From Ascidiella aspersa (lineage: Eukaryota), in contig OZ004610.1 of assembly GCA_963924565.1 (NCBI GenBank), positions 8,866,001 to 8,930,000 of the forward strand: a stretch of DNA of 64,000 bases. The letters run 5' to 3'. Position 1 is the first letter of the stretch. Each line of letters opens with the position of its first letter. Below the pieces are notes generated by a model that searched no databases, was not told the origin of the DNA, and was given only the letters and a program-made list of their open reading frames with translations. This document shows, in pieces, positions 12,201 through 24,958 of the stretch. The translations under genes and the position numbers were made by a program.

Positions 12201-15200
12201 ACTTTTCATAAAGGTCTACGACACAGTTCCTGTTATGACACAGTTCCTGAGATGGACTTTTCATAAAGGTCTACATACAATGGTTAGGGACCTAACAGCG
12301 GTGTTCATTTGTCACTGGAAAGCTTGGACATCAGTTTACCAAGATCGACTATTGTCGCATACCATATGAGTTTTATCCACTGTAAATCATATTAAAAAAT
12401 AACAATAATAATCAAATACGCGGTATAGACCAATCGTTAGCAAATAGTAAGAAACGGGAAAAAATGACACAATTGCATGACGTTTACTATGTTAAATATG
12501 GCATTTGTTGAGGCTAATCCTAAATTTAATTAATTTCTTTTCAGTAACATGGTAAATAGGTATAGATTGTCATTAAATTTAATATTTAGAAACTTGGTGG
12601 TACTATTTAATCCAAAGGTTTTCGGCACAAAACGCGTTCTGGCAACTTTTGGATCGCCAGACGCCCCGACTATTTGTTTGTGAGCCGTGCCAAACAAGAT
12701 CGGCGGGCCCCTGTGTCGGTGAGCACAGTAGACAACGTTATATGAAATCAAAAAGATACAGGTAGCCGAATAAAAGCACCATTTTCAGATTTAAACGCAA
12801 TAAAAATATTGGAAAATCGCCTAATAAAGTTTAACACGACGTAAATTATAAGAGCCAATCAGCAATTACATCAAACTTGACCCTTTCTCAACAGTTTACG
12901 TCAAAATAGAGTAATAAGCCCCGCTCAAATCACCCTCCATTTGTAGATACGAGCTGAACGAGTAATACCTCGACCAAGCATCTCCAATCTCGACGTTACC
13001 ACAAAGGGGATAATCAGTCCTACCTGTGGTCGGAGCGGGAAATTGAGGCTTGAGTGGCAGTGAAGAGGGCGAGGCGTGGTTGCGAGGAGAGAAGCTCTGA
13101 CCCAGGTAGCTGTCCAGGCTGGTGCGACGCTGTTCGCCCTGCAATCGCATGTAAAGAGATGTCGAAACATTGACAATGATTAAGAAACAACGATATTTTT
13201 CGAAAAATTCGCTAGTCAGGCCTCGTCGAATTATAATGGTGATGGTTGTTTGTAGTATTATAAGCAAAATTTCACCTAAAATCGTTTACCTGAGTGTTTT
13301 TTGTTTCAATGTGACGTTAAAATCTACTATGTAAATTATAGTTAATACATAAAAAAAAAATATAAAACTAAACATGCAATAATAATGTAGTAATGGTTGG
13401 AGCTTATTGCGGTGCTACTTTTTCGATGTGGCGATAAAACAGCAAATTCGATCATTTTTTACTTGGTTGTTTAAACACTACGCAAACATCACATGAAGGA
13501 CGGATTTAGTCTATGCAGACCAGTTTAAATAATAATATCATGTTATTCGTTGATAAGGAATTTTACCATAGGGAATACGCCTATGACGCCTGTATATACG
13601 CAATATCAGATATACGACAATTATAACTGTTACTTATTAAATGGTTAGAAAACGGGTCCATTTGTAACGATTGTGGCGTGTGTGGGTTTATTATTCAATA
13701 AAGTTTGCATTTATATGTGGATGGCATAAGATCTAACACGAATAGATGATCTTGGTGACGGAAACGTTTAAAACGTACCACTGAGAAATGGAATGTATTT
13801 TCTAAACCTGAAGTCAGCAAACGTGTACGAAGGTGTGGGTAACGCGTCTGTTCGCGAGTTTCGTCACGCAGAGCACTTAAGTTTGTACAACACATCCCAC
13901 ATTCGCGCCGTTGCGCGACGTTTTAATCATACAGCGCAATTGCGCGATAACAATGACCAGATGCCGAGTGGCACAAAGGCGCGCCGTGGTAGAGTCGGCG
14001 TTTGGCCAAAGAAAGTCGCGCGGATTCCAATAAGGGCGTAACGGATAGCGTTTGGTATCGACAGTCCAAACCCCAATCGACCCAATTCGGGTCGAATATC
14101 CCTCCCGTTGAGTAACTGAACGTGCCAAGGCCCCCTGTGCTGGCTTGGCTGGGCTAGCAATGCGCTTCGATCGTAAATCTCTAAGGCAGCTCCTGGCAAA
14201 CGGATCATCATTAAACCTGGCATGGCACAACAGGCGGCTGGCTTGCTAGCCCGCGCATTACCGTGTTAACAGCGCGCCTATGTGTGCGTGTGATCGCGGT
14301 TGTGCGCGCGAGCGTGTGTGTGTATGTGGGTGTGTGTTGCTGCCGATAACTGAGAGGCACAAAACGACAAAATTGCTTTGCCGAAGCGTTAAGTAGTTTG
14401 TTACACAGTCAACTGTACGAGCAGCGGGGGAACAACTAGCCCTTTAAAGCCCAAACCGTTAAGCCTGGCTATAACGGCGACGCAAGTTGGAAAGAGTGCA
14501 TTTTCTGGATGGTTTCTCGTGTACACACACCCCCGGCTCGTCGCTTCGCTGCTCGCTGCCCAAGGCTGTAATGTATGGCGGGGAGAAAACAAACTTCGAA
14601 ATGTCGAACTGGCAAAAATTGGCCGCAACCTTTATGACCGCCGGTATCAGAGAGTATCCAATCTCCTATACGCTTACTTTTGGAAACCAGTTACATCGCT
14701 AGTTCATTGAAAACTCTACACGCTTTGTAGTGCCTTTATTCCCAATCATTCCACGCCTAATAAATACATACCCGGTACTGGCGTAGCAGTTTAAAGACCT
14801 TTTGCCACCCATGGTAATATTCGCCATAGTTACACAAAAACAACTTTTAAACGCTTAACAAGAAGCTGACCACTGAACCGACTCAAAAGTGCTGACGTTA
14901 GCCTGTCGGCAGCGAGTCGTTTTCGCTTGGTCACGGTTGTTGATCAAAAACTTGCTCTATCATCAGCGACGGGCACATTTATAGGCGGGCTGGTAATTGT
15001 CAGCTTGAAATTGACCAACGCTGACGCTTTTTCGTGAAAATTGCCGCCCGGCGATTTCAGATCGAGATTACAGGCGCTGCGGTTTCATATTGATATTTTT
15101 GAAAACGCCTACGCGGGCATAATAATAAGCATAAGCAAGTTTACCGAATGATGGTCCCCGCAGCAGGCGAGATTCAGTCACCGTTGAACGGAAACCGGAC

Positions 15201-17193
15201 GGATTTGTTAAACTTTAAAGATTCGACTGAAACACCGTGTGTCCAATGTAAAGCAGTTAATCCCGCAATTCAACTCCCGCGCTATTCGGCGATTCCGGCT
15301 CATAGTTAATGGCCTAGCATGAGTGCGTGTTTGATCAGGCCAACAAGGTTGTTGTCTATTCAAACACCACGCTGGCGCCACTGCAAGCACATTTACCACC
15401 GTCTCAAAGTTATAATGCGCCTTTCAAAGGCTAAACGTAATAAACTATTTTTTGCCTTCAGTATGTGAATCGAAAAAGTAGTGAAAAACAAATATGAAAA
15501 CTGACAAATTAAACCTACCTGTAGTGCAGGAGCAATTATTACATTTTAATCTATCATTCTAAGCGAAACCAGCATACTAAAGGGGTATAGGTTTATGACT
15601 TTTACTCACCAATGTTAAATCGCTGCAGTTTGACGAAATTTGAATTGTAGCTTGCACCTCTCTAAAAACAGATTTGATTTTAAGTAAAAAAAGCCAAAAA
15701 AATAAATAAATAAAAGCCAAATCCAAATCTTTTTTTTAAATGCTGTTAAAAAAACAGTTCACAAACCTTTCATGTTCAGTTTCTTTGTTCTGGATACCTT
15801 CGAGACTTTCCTCCTAAAAAATCACAGATCATGAGTACAGCAAAACAGCATATAAATTTAGATAAGACAAGAATTTATGGACCAATAATGAAAATTGTTA
15901 AAGAAAAAATACTCAAAATGCGGAAAATCATTCAAGTAAAAACAAAAAATAAAGTTACAAGCTTTGTACACTTGTCAAGTGCATTAACTACAGGGATAGT
16001 TAGAATGTGGATTTACCTTCTTTAGCTGGTGCAAACGCAGCCTGGAACTTGGCCTAGAACCTGAAGCAGGAGACTGCAAAATATTGTTGAATTATTAATG
16101 CTTCTTTTAACTAAAATTGAAAGATGAAGAAATATATTTATACTGGAAAAACAAACACAGGTATATAATACCCCTGTATATAATATATGTGGCAGAAATA
16201 AAAGCATGAAACCACTTAATGGCATCCTACAACTGGATAGCAGTGACAACTAGACAGGTTGTTTTTAAGAAGCTATAAATACTGATATCTGTTTAGATGA
16301 TTTTAATATGTGACATTATGTGGAGCCTTACAGCATTAAGTGAAACTATAGTGGCACTGAACCTCCTCATTCGACCAGACTTTACAGTTGCAAGTCGATT
16401 CGCCGACCAGGAAGCTGACATTTCCTCAATTCTGAAACAAATACCCAATTTGGACACCAATTAAAACTGTTTTTCAAACGAAAACTAGAGCAAAGTTTTA
16501 CCACACATATTCAAAAAATGTTAAAGGCAATACATCTAGTTTAAAGCATTTTTTATGGAAATACCAGTGACTAAATATTTTAATTTTTTAATATTGTTAA
16601 CATGAAACTTAGCAAAAGGTAATAAGCACCACTTACTCAAGGTCAGTTAGAAGTGGGGCACTGTTGCATCTCTTTAGTATGTTACTTTCCCTTTCGATTG
16701 AATTTAGCTCGTTTGGGGCTTGGAACAGAAAGTTTCTAGTGAAGGCTGATGAAGGAGACTTTGCAGAAAACACAAGCGACCGGCGCGAGTCGCCAACACT
16801 ATTTTTCTGCTGCTCTTGGCAACCTGAACTCAGCTTTTTCGCCTTTACACCGTTTTCATGTGAGTTCCGCTGTCGCAGCAGCGCATGGCTTGGGCAAGAA
16901 AGAGGAACTTTTATTGGCTGAGGTGACCTGATGGACCAGGCTGAATTTTCTGACGAGCTTCTATTGTGATTTCCACTATTAATAAAAGTAAAAACTCTGT
17001 CCTTGTCAGCCACTGGGGTTTTACTTCCACCAGAAACACCATTGCTAGACCAGAGTATCCGAGTGCTGTTTCCATTCAGTTTCTCTTCATTTGGTTTGCT
17101 GCTGATAGCAGCAGAATCCTTTTTCAAACAATTCGTCGTAGGCTTTGGATTGGCTGAAGCTACTTCTTCCACATCCATTGCTTCCGATGCCAT
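6252..17193 (-). CDS. FAM122A: FAM122/PABIR family PP2A-B55 inhibitor homologue, 12 coding exons, ~604 aa
   Basis: Phase-consistent GT-AG exons: 17193-16637, 16431-16332, 16073-16017, 15813-15767, 15661-15610, 13138-13024, 11887-11584, 9332-9268, 8267-8123, 7411-7228, 6768-6628, 6299-6252. Family motifs in order: LKRCNSAP, RLHQLKKEE, ETEHEREVQ, IDF, SPTR..GKQCFSPSMQ, RRSQSP..RPS.LG.IKRK. The last exon is the least certain; the paralogue symbol is nominal. Confidence 0.9.
6880..7170. mobile_element. hAT-like MITE in FAM122 intron
   Basis: Ends (a)agtggttctcaaac ... gtttgggaagcactg; repeated gcggcacac subterminal motifs; TSD not clean. Confidence 0.6.
13779..14345 (-). promoter_or_regulatory. 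Putative internal promoter and alternative first exon of the FAM122 gene
   Basis: CpG-rich island inside an intron, CA/GT repeat at 14280-14340, ATG at 13895 open to a phase-0 donor GTG|gtacgt at 13779. Confidence 0.4.
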
Positions 17194-18107
17194 GTTTCAA
17201 ATGGCACAAAAAATATTTGTCTCAATTTTACCTTTTTTCTATTGACCGACTGTGTAACAAAAAACAATACAAAATGCTGTATGATTAAAGAATTAAGGCA
17301 AAGTGTATCTTACAGTACTGAATAAAATATGACTTCCAATAAATAGAAAATTACATTTGCAATTTTGCATTAAACAATTTTAAAACTAGGCAATGTCTTA
17401 TAAAAAATAAATATTTGCCAATTGTTGATGCATCACCATAAATAAATACTATTGTAGTACTATTTGTCTGTAATAAAATCTATATAATATGCAAAAAAAC
17501 AACAAAAAGGCATCTAAAATGTTGAAAATATGCCGATATACAAATTTTTGTGAACTAAATCAGAAAATGTCATTATATTTAACTAAAAAAATTGGACTGA
17601 AATAAATAGTAATATAAACGATATGTAAACTATTGCATTCTAAAATCAAGAGGAAATTTCTGATCAACCTGTTAAACAAAATAAGGGTACCTAAAGCAAA
17701 TGTTTAGTTTAAAAGGTTAACAACTGTTTCAAGTAGAACATGGATTTCAGTAAAAAAAACTGACCCTCAAGGCTAATAAGCATTATTTTCATAGCACTGC
17801 TAAATATACAACTAAGCAGTGTTAAGTGTCAATTATAATATTATTATGACATAACAATCATACTTTGCTAATAATTTGTATATCAGTAGACCGCGAGCCA
17901 GGTAAGTAATAATCTGTGGAATTACCTAAAATAGGCTTGCATAGAAAGTATAGAGGCAGTATTTTGGAAAATAAATTGGCCTAAGCACATTAAATAAAAA
18001 AAATTTTTGGATCAAAAACCCTTTTAAAGTCCTAATGTGTTGTAGTGTTATAAATCCACAAACAGTTCATTGGTTAAAAAAATATATCTAAGTACAAAGA
18101 ATACCAT

Positions 18108-20129
18108 TTAAGGAGATTCACAATTATCTAGCACACCCTTATGTTGGCTAGACCATAGCTGGTGATAGAGGGAATTTTGATTGGCCAAAAGCTGCAAATG
18201 GTTTCCCTCTTCAATAACTTTTCCATTGTCCAGAACAAGAATCTTGTCGCAGTCCATCACAGTGGATAGACGGTGGGCAATAAACACAGAGGTTTTGTCT
18301 TTTGAAATACGTTGCACAGCCGCCAAGATGTTTTCCTCAGTAATTGAATCTAGCGAAGAGGTGGCTTCATCATAAATGAGAATGGTCGGATCTTTGAGAA
18401 TAGCCCTGGCAATCGCCACCCTTTGTTTTTCACCACCGGACAGCTTCAGACCCCTTTCACCTACTTGAGTGTCATAACCCTGGGGCATTTTTATTACAGC
18501 CTCGTGAATGTCGGCCATTCTTGCCGCCTCAAAAACTTCTTCTTGTGTAGCATTTAGGTTTCCATAGGCGATGTTGTGATAAATAGTGTCGTGGAATAAC
18601 ACAGTTTCTTGTGGCACAATGCTGATAGCTTTCCGGACACTCTGAATGTCCTGATCTTTGATGTTTTGTCCACCAAGTGTAATGCTGCCTTGGTCGGGAT
18701 CATAAAAGCGATACAGCAGGCGAACAATCGTTGACTTACCACTGCCACTTCCCCCCACAATTCCAATTTTCTGTCCCGGTTGAACTTCAAAACTCAAATT
18801 ATTGAGAATATTTTTTTCCGGAGTGTAGCCAAATGTCAAATTTTCAATTTTGATTGAGGCTTGGTCTTTGGATAAGACCAGCTTGGGGGCTTCATCTGGC
18901 AGCGCCAAGTCTTGCTTGGTGTTCATTAAACTAAGCATTGACTGCATGTCAATCATAGCTTGGCGCATGTCTCGATAAACAGAACCCAAAAAGTTAAGTG
19001 GCACAGATAGCTGAAACAAAAGTCCATTGACCAACACAAGGTGACCAACAGTTAAATTACCCTCCTGAATACCCTTTGCAGCAAGTAACATAATTGCAGT
19101 TAGGCCACATGTAAAAATGGCTTGCTGACCAAAGTTAAGCAAAGCAAGGGACATGTTGGTTTTTAGGTTTGCTGATTCATAGTCTGCCAAAACCTTGTCA
19201 TATCTTTCTACTTCGTAGGCTTCATTGTTAAAATACTTCACAGTTTCGTAGTTTATCAATGAATCAACAGCAATTGTTCCTATTTTGCCGTCTGCTTTAT
19301 TCATTTGCTGTCTGTACTTTGTCCTCCAAGCCGTAATGGCAAATGTCCAAGTTGCATAAGATGCTAATGTCATTAAAGTGATCAAAGCGAAGTCACCGCC
19401 ACACTTATACCAAAGCAAAGAACTGACCATTGTTACTTCAACTGCTGTGGGCACAATGTTGAAAACAAGGGCTCTCAAAACAAAGTTTATTCCCCTGGTA
19501 CCTCGATCTATAGCCTTTGACAAAGCACCAGTTTGTCGAGACAAGTGAAACTTTAAATCAAGATCATGTAAGTGGGCAAATAGTCTTCTCGCTATATTTC
19601 TGATGGACCTTTGGGCAACTTTGGCAAATACTGCATCCCTTAACTCACCAAACAGTGCTGAACTTGCTCTTGCAGCTCCATAGCCCAAAATAATCATCAT
19701 TCCTGTGGTCAGGGCCATGCCTTCAGGCGTATCGATGTTAATGCCAGCTGTACCATATGCATCTACAACACGTTTAAACAAGAATGGCACTTGTACATTG
19801 AGTACTTTGGCACCAACCAGTAAGGATAATGAAAGGGCAACCCTTCTTCTGACTGAGGGGTTGTTTCTTGGCCAAACATATGATCGCATAAACAGCAGTA
19901 ACCTTTTAGTTCCTACCTCTTGGTGTTCAAGTCCCAGGTCATTTTCTTTTCCTGTTATCATGGAGTGCATTGCGACTTTATCAAAACTTGTCAGGCTTAT
20001 ATTTTGTCTTTGCAGGTTGTGATGTTGATATTCGTTGGCAAACGGGTACTTCCATGATGCTGGAAGAATATGCTGGGTTTTTCTGGTAATATGAAAGCAC
20101 TGTCGACATGTTTGCAACCGAGATAACAT
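18108..20129 (-). CDS. ABCB7: Mitochondrial ABC half-transporter ABCB7/Atm1, intronless CDS, 673 aa
   Basis: LHDLDLKFHLSRQTGALSKAIDRGTRGINF, DSLINYETVKYFNNE, Walker A GGSGSGKST, signature LSGGEKQR, Walker B YDEATSSLD, AHRLST; basic mitochondrial presequence-like N-terminus. Confidence 0.96.
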   Translation of the reverse strand: MLSRLQTCRQCFHITRKTQHILPASWKYPFANEYQHHNLQRQNISLTSFDKVAMHSMITGKENDLGLEHQEVGTKRLLLFMRSYVWPRNNPSVRRRVALSLSLLVGAKVLNVQVPFLFKRVVDAYGTAGINIDTPEGMALTTGMMIILGYGAARASSALFGELRDAVFAKVAQRSIRNIARRLFAHLHDLDLKFHLSRQTGALSKAIDRGTRGINFVLRALVFNIVPTAVEVTMVSSLLWYKCGGDFALITLMTLASYATWTFAITAWRTKYRQQMNKADGKIGTIAVDSLINYETVKYFNNEAYEVERYDKVLADYESANLKTNMSLALLNFGQQAIFTCGLTAIMLLAAKGIQEGNLTVGHLVLVNGLLFQLSVPLNFLGSVYRDMRQAMIDMQSMLSLMNTKQDLALPDEAPKLVLSKDQASIKIENLTFGYTPEKNILNNLSFEVQPGQKIGIVGGSGSGKSTIVRLLYRFYDPDQGSITLGGQNIKDQDIQSVRKAISIVPQETVLFHDTIYHNIAYGNLNATQEEVFEAARMADIHEAVIKMPQGYDTQVGERGLKLSGGEKQRVAIARAILKDPTILIYDEATSSLDSITEENILAAVQRISKDKTSVFIAHRLSTVMDCDKILVLDNGKVIEEGNHLQLLANQNSLYHQLWSSQHKGVLDNCESP

Positions 20130-21311
20130 GTTTATTCAACACAAATCAAATTATTTTTGGCAATTAATATGCATTGCTGAAATGATCCTAGTAAAATATG
20201 AAAATAGTCATTACTAATAGGTAACATAAAAAAACTCTTATAACAAAAAAAAACTCGACGCTGGTCTACAATCCTAATACATTTTTGTCCAGGTGTTAAT
20301 ATTGCTAGCATTATTTTGGGTATCGTTTGAATTTGGTTTTGAATGAGTAAAGTATTACGTTATATTTAATCTCTTGCATATTTATTTCTTTCTTACTATT
20401 TAAATTTGACAACAACTCGTTTCGTAACTGTAAAACAAAGTTAAAGCAGCTCACATACTGGTCATAATAATCAACTGTTTCGGGCTACAGCGCAATAGCT
20501 TGTGCAGTGCACGACTGGCGTAAGCGGCCTACCTGTTGAGCTGAGCAGCTTTACCATTTAAACAAACTGTATAGCTGGGAGTTTAGAGTAATAAGTTTTC
20601 CGAAAGAGTAAATTTAATTCTGAAAAAAATGTTTTGCTATCAGTTTTCATCTACTGCGAAGGGTGCGAAGTGTCGAAGACTTTTTTAGAGGAGCAACTGC
20701 ATAAAAAACGTCAACAATCAACATACTGCAAACTTTGTGGGTGTTTTCAACCGTTAATTGATTAAAATAAGAATTACATGTGGTTATTACGTTGTGTGAT
20801 CCCTAAACTATAATGCTGGTTTCGTTCAATATTAAATATTTAAAGTATAATTTTAATTTATTTTAAAGCTTAAACAACTGGAAAGGTATTTAATAATATT
20901 AGTCGGTCATGAATGAGCTAGGTTGCAATATCTTTGCCCTTATGACGTACGAAATACCACAAATTTACCTTGTATATTTTAACAGAGGGACTTGACCAGG
21001 GCTGCCACTCCTTGGGATTTTAGCCTAGACCTGGGGATCTGGGGATATCTGTTCCATATCTTGGGAATTTTAATTCATTAGCAGGTTGAAATTACAAATA
21101 TTTTTTTGCTTGTATTTAAGGACTCATTTCCTAATAGGAATAAGGAAGAAGCTATTTTCCTGGCTCGTGGGTGTACGCGTCGCATACATTCCTCATGTGA
21201 CGTAACAATGCTAATTCTTGCTTGTTAGACGAAACTGTTCATTTACTCTAGCTTGTGTGACGGCGTTAATGCAACAGACCCAATCGACAATAATAATAGG
21301 AGCTATTAAGG

Positions 21312-22784
21312 AAGGCGTCGGTAAACTAAAACCGGGATCTGGCCCGCAAATGTAATTCATCCGTCCGCCGCCTATTTGACAAACTATGGACACGAGTAAA
21401 TTTTACTTTTTGACTATTTTAACTATACGTTAGTGCAGTGTTTCTCAACCTATTTTACTTGGGGGCGCACGTAGAGACATATGAAAACCTGGCGGCGCAC
21501 CTTACGAGCGAAGCAAGGGCGAACTTTTGGAGGTGTACCGGTATTTGTTTTAAATTGGTGTCAATTTTCATTATATAGGCTTTATAATTGCAAATCTTTG
21601 AAGGATCTCCAGCCTTGAGACCAAAATTGGAACAACATTAACTTCGGAAAAAAATACAGTTAAGAATAAGGCGTAAATAGGACTAATACCTTATAATCGT
21701 AATAAACCTAATTGGCAAAAATATTGCCTATACCACCTTTTATCTAACCCCAAACCCCACCCATAACTATCACTAACTTCCCTGATATTTTCAACCCTAA
21801 CCCAATTGAAGCCAAAACAAGGGAAAAAATCCGGGACCAAAATAGCGGCGCCCAAATGGCGACAACAAACGGCCAATGCCAGACAAGTGGCCCCCAAATG
21901 TCCCATACCCTTTCCCTACAGTCTTAGCATTTTGTCTATTTTAGTCTTATTCAGACTAATTTTGGACTTATTTTGACATGTTTAGGCCTTATCTAGACTA
22001 TTTTAGATCTTATTCTGTCGTGATTACTGCGAATTTGGCGTTATGATGTCGGTGGTCTTAATCTTATGGTGTTATAGATTATCTAATTAAGATATTGCTA
22101 ATTTGTAGGTCTTGTTACGTTTTCTACCTGGAAGTACTGTGAAATCAATGAGCTAAGCTTAATGGGAAAGTAAAATATATTTATATATATATGTTAGACA
22201 TATTAATTTTTCTTCTTTTTGCTCGCGGCGCACCTGGTAGCCTTCCGCGGCGCACAGGTTGAGAAGCGCTGCGTTAGTGCATAAAAGTGTCGCGCTTCGC
22301 GCGAATGATCTTTGTGCATTTGGTTTGTTTATGCTTTGGGCTGTCTTTTTAAACGGCTGAGTGGAAGGCTGACAATTGCGTTGCTGACAAACTAAAAACG
22401 GATTAAAAAATATCAACATTTTCCTATTTTTGGCAATGTAATAAAAAACTTACAAGAAATTTATAAAAAATACCGGTATACCTAAAAAAATCAAGCTCGC
22501 TTCGCTAGAGGTAAAGTTATCGCGTTTCTTCGAAGTAAGTTTTTATTACACTTTTCATTAGTAGTATATGGATGACGAAGTGTGAACTCGAAAAAACAAT
22601 TTACTGCCTCGATCCTTGAATGTAATCAAACTCGTCTTCAAGTGCAAAAAAAGTCGAGGCCCGCCTGATTCACAGTTGTTCTAACATTTTAATACCACGC
22701 TTCTTCGTTAACTTTGTGTGCAGCCCGCAGAGACCTTTCAGTTGGGTATTGGCCCGCGACTAGAAATAAGGTTGCCAAAACCTG
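21312..22784. mobile_element. Degenerate hAT (Charlie-like) MITE, second nesting level
   Basis: Ends aaggcgtcggtaaact / ggttgccaaaacctg; ggcccgc subterminal motifs at both ends; TSD degenerate (tattaagg / tgttagag). Confidence 0.55.
21436..22271. mobile_element. hAT MITE, third nesting level
   Basis: TIR cagtgtttctcaacct / aggttgagaagcgctg; perfect 8-bp TSD cgttagtg (21428-21435, 22272-22279); ggcgcac subterminal motifs. Confidence 0.88.
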
Positions 22785-24958
22785 TGTTAGAGCTTCAATA
22801 CACATGGATGCACACCAGAAAGTCCACCAGTCTCTTATATTTCAGCTTTTTTAATCTATTTCAGCTTTTTTTATAAATTTTTTTCCAATTCTTTTAGACA
22901 TGAAACCTTAGGATAAATTGAAAATCAAAGTGGAAGCCCTGGACTTGACCACCGTGCTACCTGGACTCCGCTAAGTCCAAACTAAGTAAACTGCCATTGC
23001 ATTTCAATTCAAAGGGCATATTGTCAGGTATTTTAAAATCGAAAATTCAGCATACTTCGCTTTTAATAAATTAACTATCTTACAGGGCAGTAAAAACACG
23101 CCTCGTCAGTAAGGCGTACATTTCGTTGTCTCATGCAGTATAATTCAAATACAACTACGTCGCAGGAAAAAGGAATGCGTTAGGGATTGACTGGTCAGTT
23201 TTAACGACCTCAGCGGACAGGATGCAAACGGGAAAAGGAAATAGCCAGAACGACTTTAAGAACCTTTTCGATAGCACACGTAAAACGAAAACGTTAAATA
23301 ACAAAAACAGATGCTCGCTCTCTACCTTCAACCTTATCTTTGTGATTCGAAAAAAGTCAATATTGATAGGGCTATATTACATTGCACTATTAGATCGGTA
23401 ATCTTAACCTTGGTCCTCTGACCCAGGGGACCACGAAACGCTCTTAATTTATTATTGGCCAGTTTAATTCAGATTTGTCGTTTCCATTATGACTTTAAAA
23501 AACTTACTTGTGGTGTCATGTAAAGTACTTCCTGAGCGGGGGAGGGAGAAGGAGGGGTCATGTGCATCTTAAAAATACACAAATAGTTGGCGTTATATGG
23601 AGGACTTAACTGTTAAAAAAAAAAGCGTTAAAGGATTTTATTACCTCCTAAACTATTTTCCAATGTGGTTTAAGTTGGAGAAATTTTTAATTCAGGAACC
23701 ATGTTTACGCTGACAAAACATTTATTTTCAAAGAGCTATCCTACAGTTTTCTTCCAACAAAGAAAATGCGTAAAATCCGAAGTTGCCTATATTAAGGAAG
23801 TGCTACAAATTTCATACTAATGTCAATCTGCAAATAATGTTGTTTTATCGCCTAAACTTGTCAAGATGGATTTTGTAACTAGTTTGTTTTTACCAGATAT
23901 GTAGACTATTTAGTGTTGTGAACATATAAAAGAGTAACAAATGCAAAACTATCTTATATCTTTGCGGTACCGGTATGTTGTTTTGGGGGGCCTTTTAAAA
24001 AAATGACTCATGTCCAAGTCAACTGTTTTGTTTAAATGACTTAAGGCAAGTCAAGTGAACTAATTTAAGAAGTGACTTTAATTAAGTGCACATAAGTCAA
24101 ATTATTTTTTTTTGCCCATGTCTGACCAGAATTTTCCGTGTCTGTCATAAGCATTTCGGATATTTTGGACCACGCAACAAAACAGCAGTGTTAAACAACT
24201 CCGCAAAACCGCACCAATTTGAAAATTTATCTGGTAGCCTGCATTAGTTTTATTTACGTGATGAACAGGCCACTCTAAAAAACGGGAACCAGAGTTTTGG
24301 CTTAGCTATTTGTCATGGGAAAGCTAAATGGGGTTTAATGTAATAGTTAACATTGTTTAGGATGAATTCGGTTTGCAGAAGGGCCTTTAAACGGACCACT
24401 TGCGACGTAAACACATTTTTGCATATTTTGCGATTTCTGATAAACATTTGCAGATTGCGTTTCTGATAGTTGGCGACGTTCAGTTATGCAACAAGGTTAT
24501 TAAATGGCCGCTAGGTAGCAACAAAGAAGTATGTTACGTGGAAATCAGGGATTCTCGATTGTATTTCTTTTACGGATATCTGTTTTTTTTAGTAAACATA
24601 CTATTTAACAAATAAAAAATACAATGCACCGCGGACATATCCAAGTAACTTCTTGCAATCGCACGCTTACCTGTTCGTCTGGGTTTCTAGGATTTGATTT
24701 TTATTTTCGTTCCGCTAGGCCGCTCAAGCAAGGTTTCATGTACTTGTGATTTTTGTATTGCCTAATAACTAACTAACAGTTTACTAATGAAACTATGTTG
24801 ATGAACTAGTCATTAGTTTATTTTAAGGAAAAAAGAAATTAGATGTAAACGAGATGCGAGCGCGCTCATTTGCAAACGTATATACGTGCCAGTGCACGCA
24901 TTTGTTTAATTATGACCTAGGGGTTCTCAAACCTAAAGATTTTCAATTTTACAAAATA

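Larger units (their letters stand above)
20997..22941. mobile_element. hAT-type non-autonomous element (outermost of a nested set)
   Basis: TIR cagggctgccact / agtggaagccctg; perfect 8-bp TSD gacttgac at 20989-20996 and 22942-22949. Confidence 0.85.

Noticed and set aside
21740-21805. taaccc repeats as an interstitial telomere or fusion site
   Set aside because: Short, degenerate, and like the other taaccc tracts embedded in MITE-like elements.
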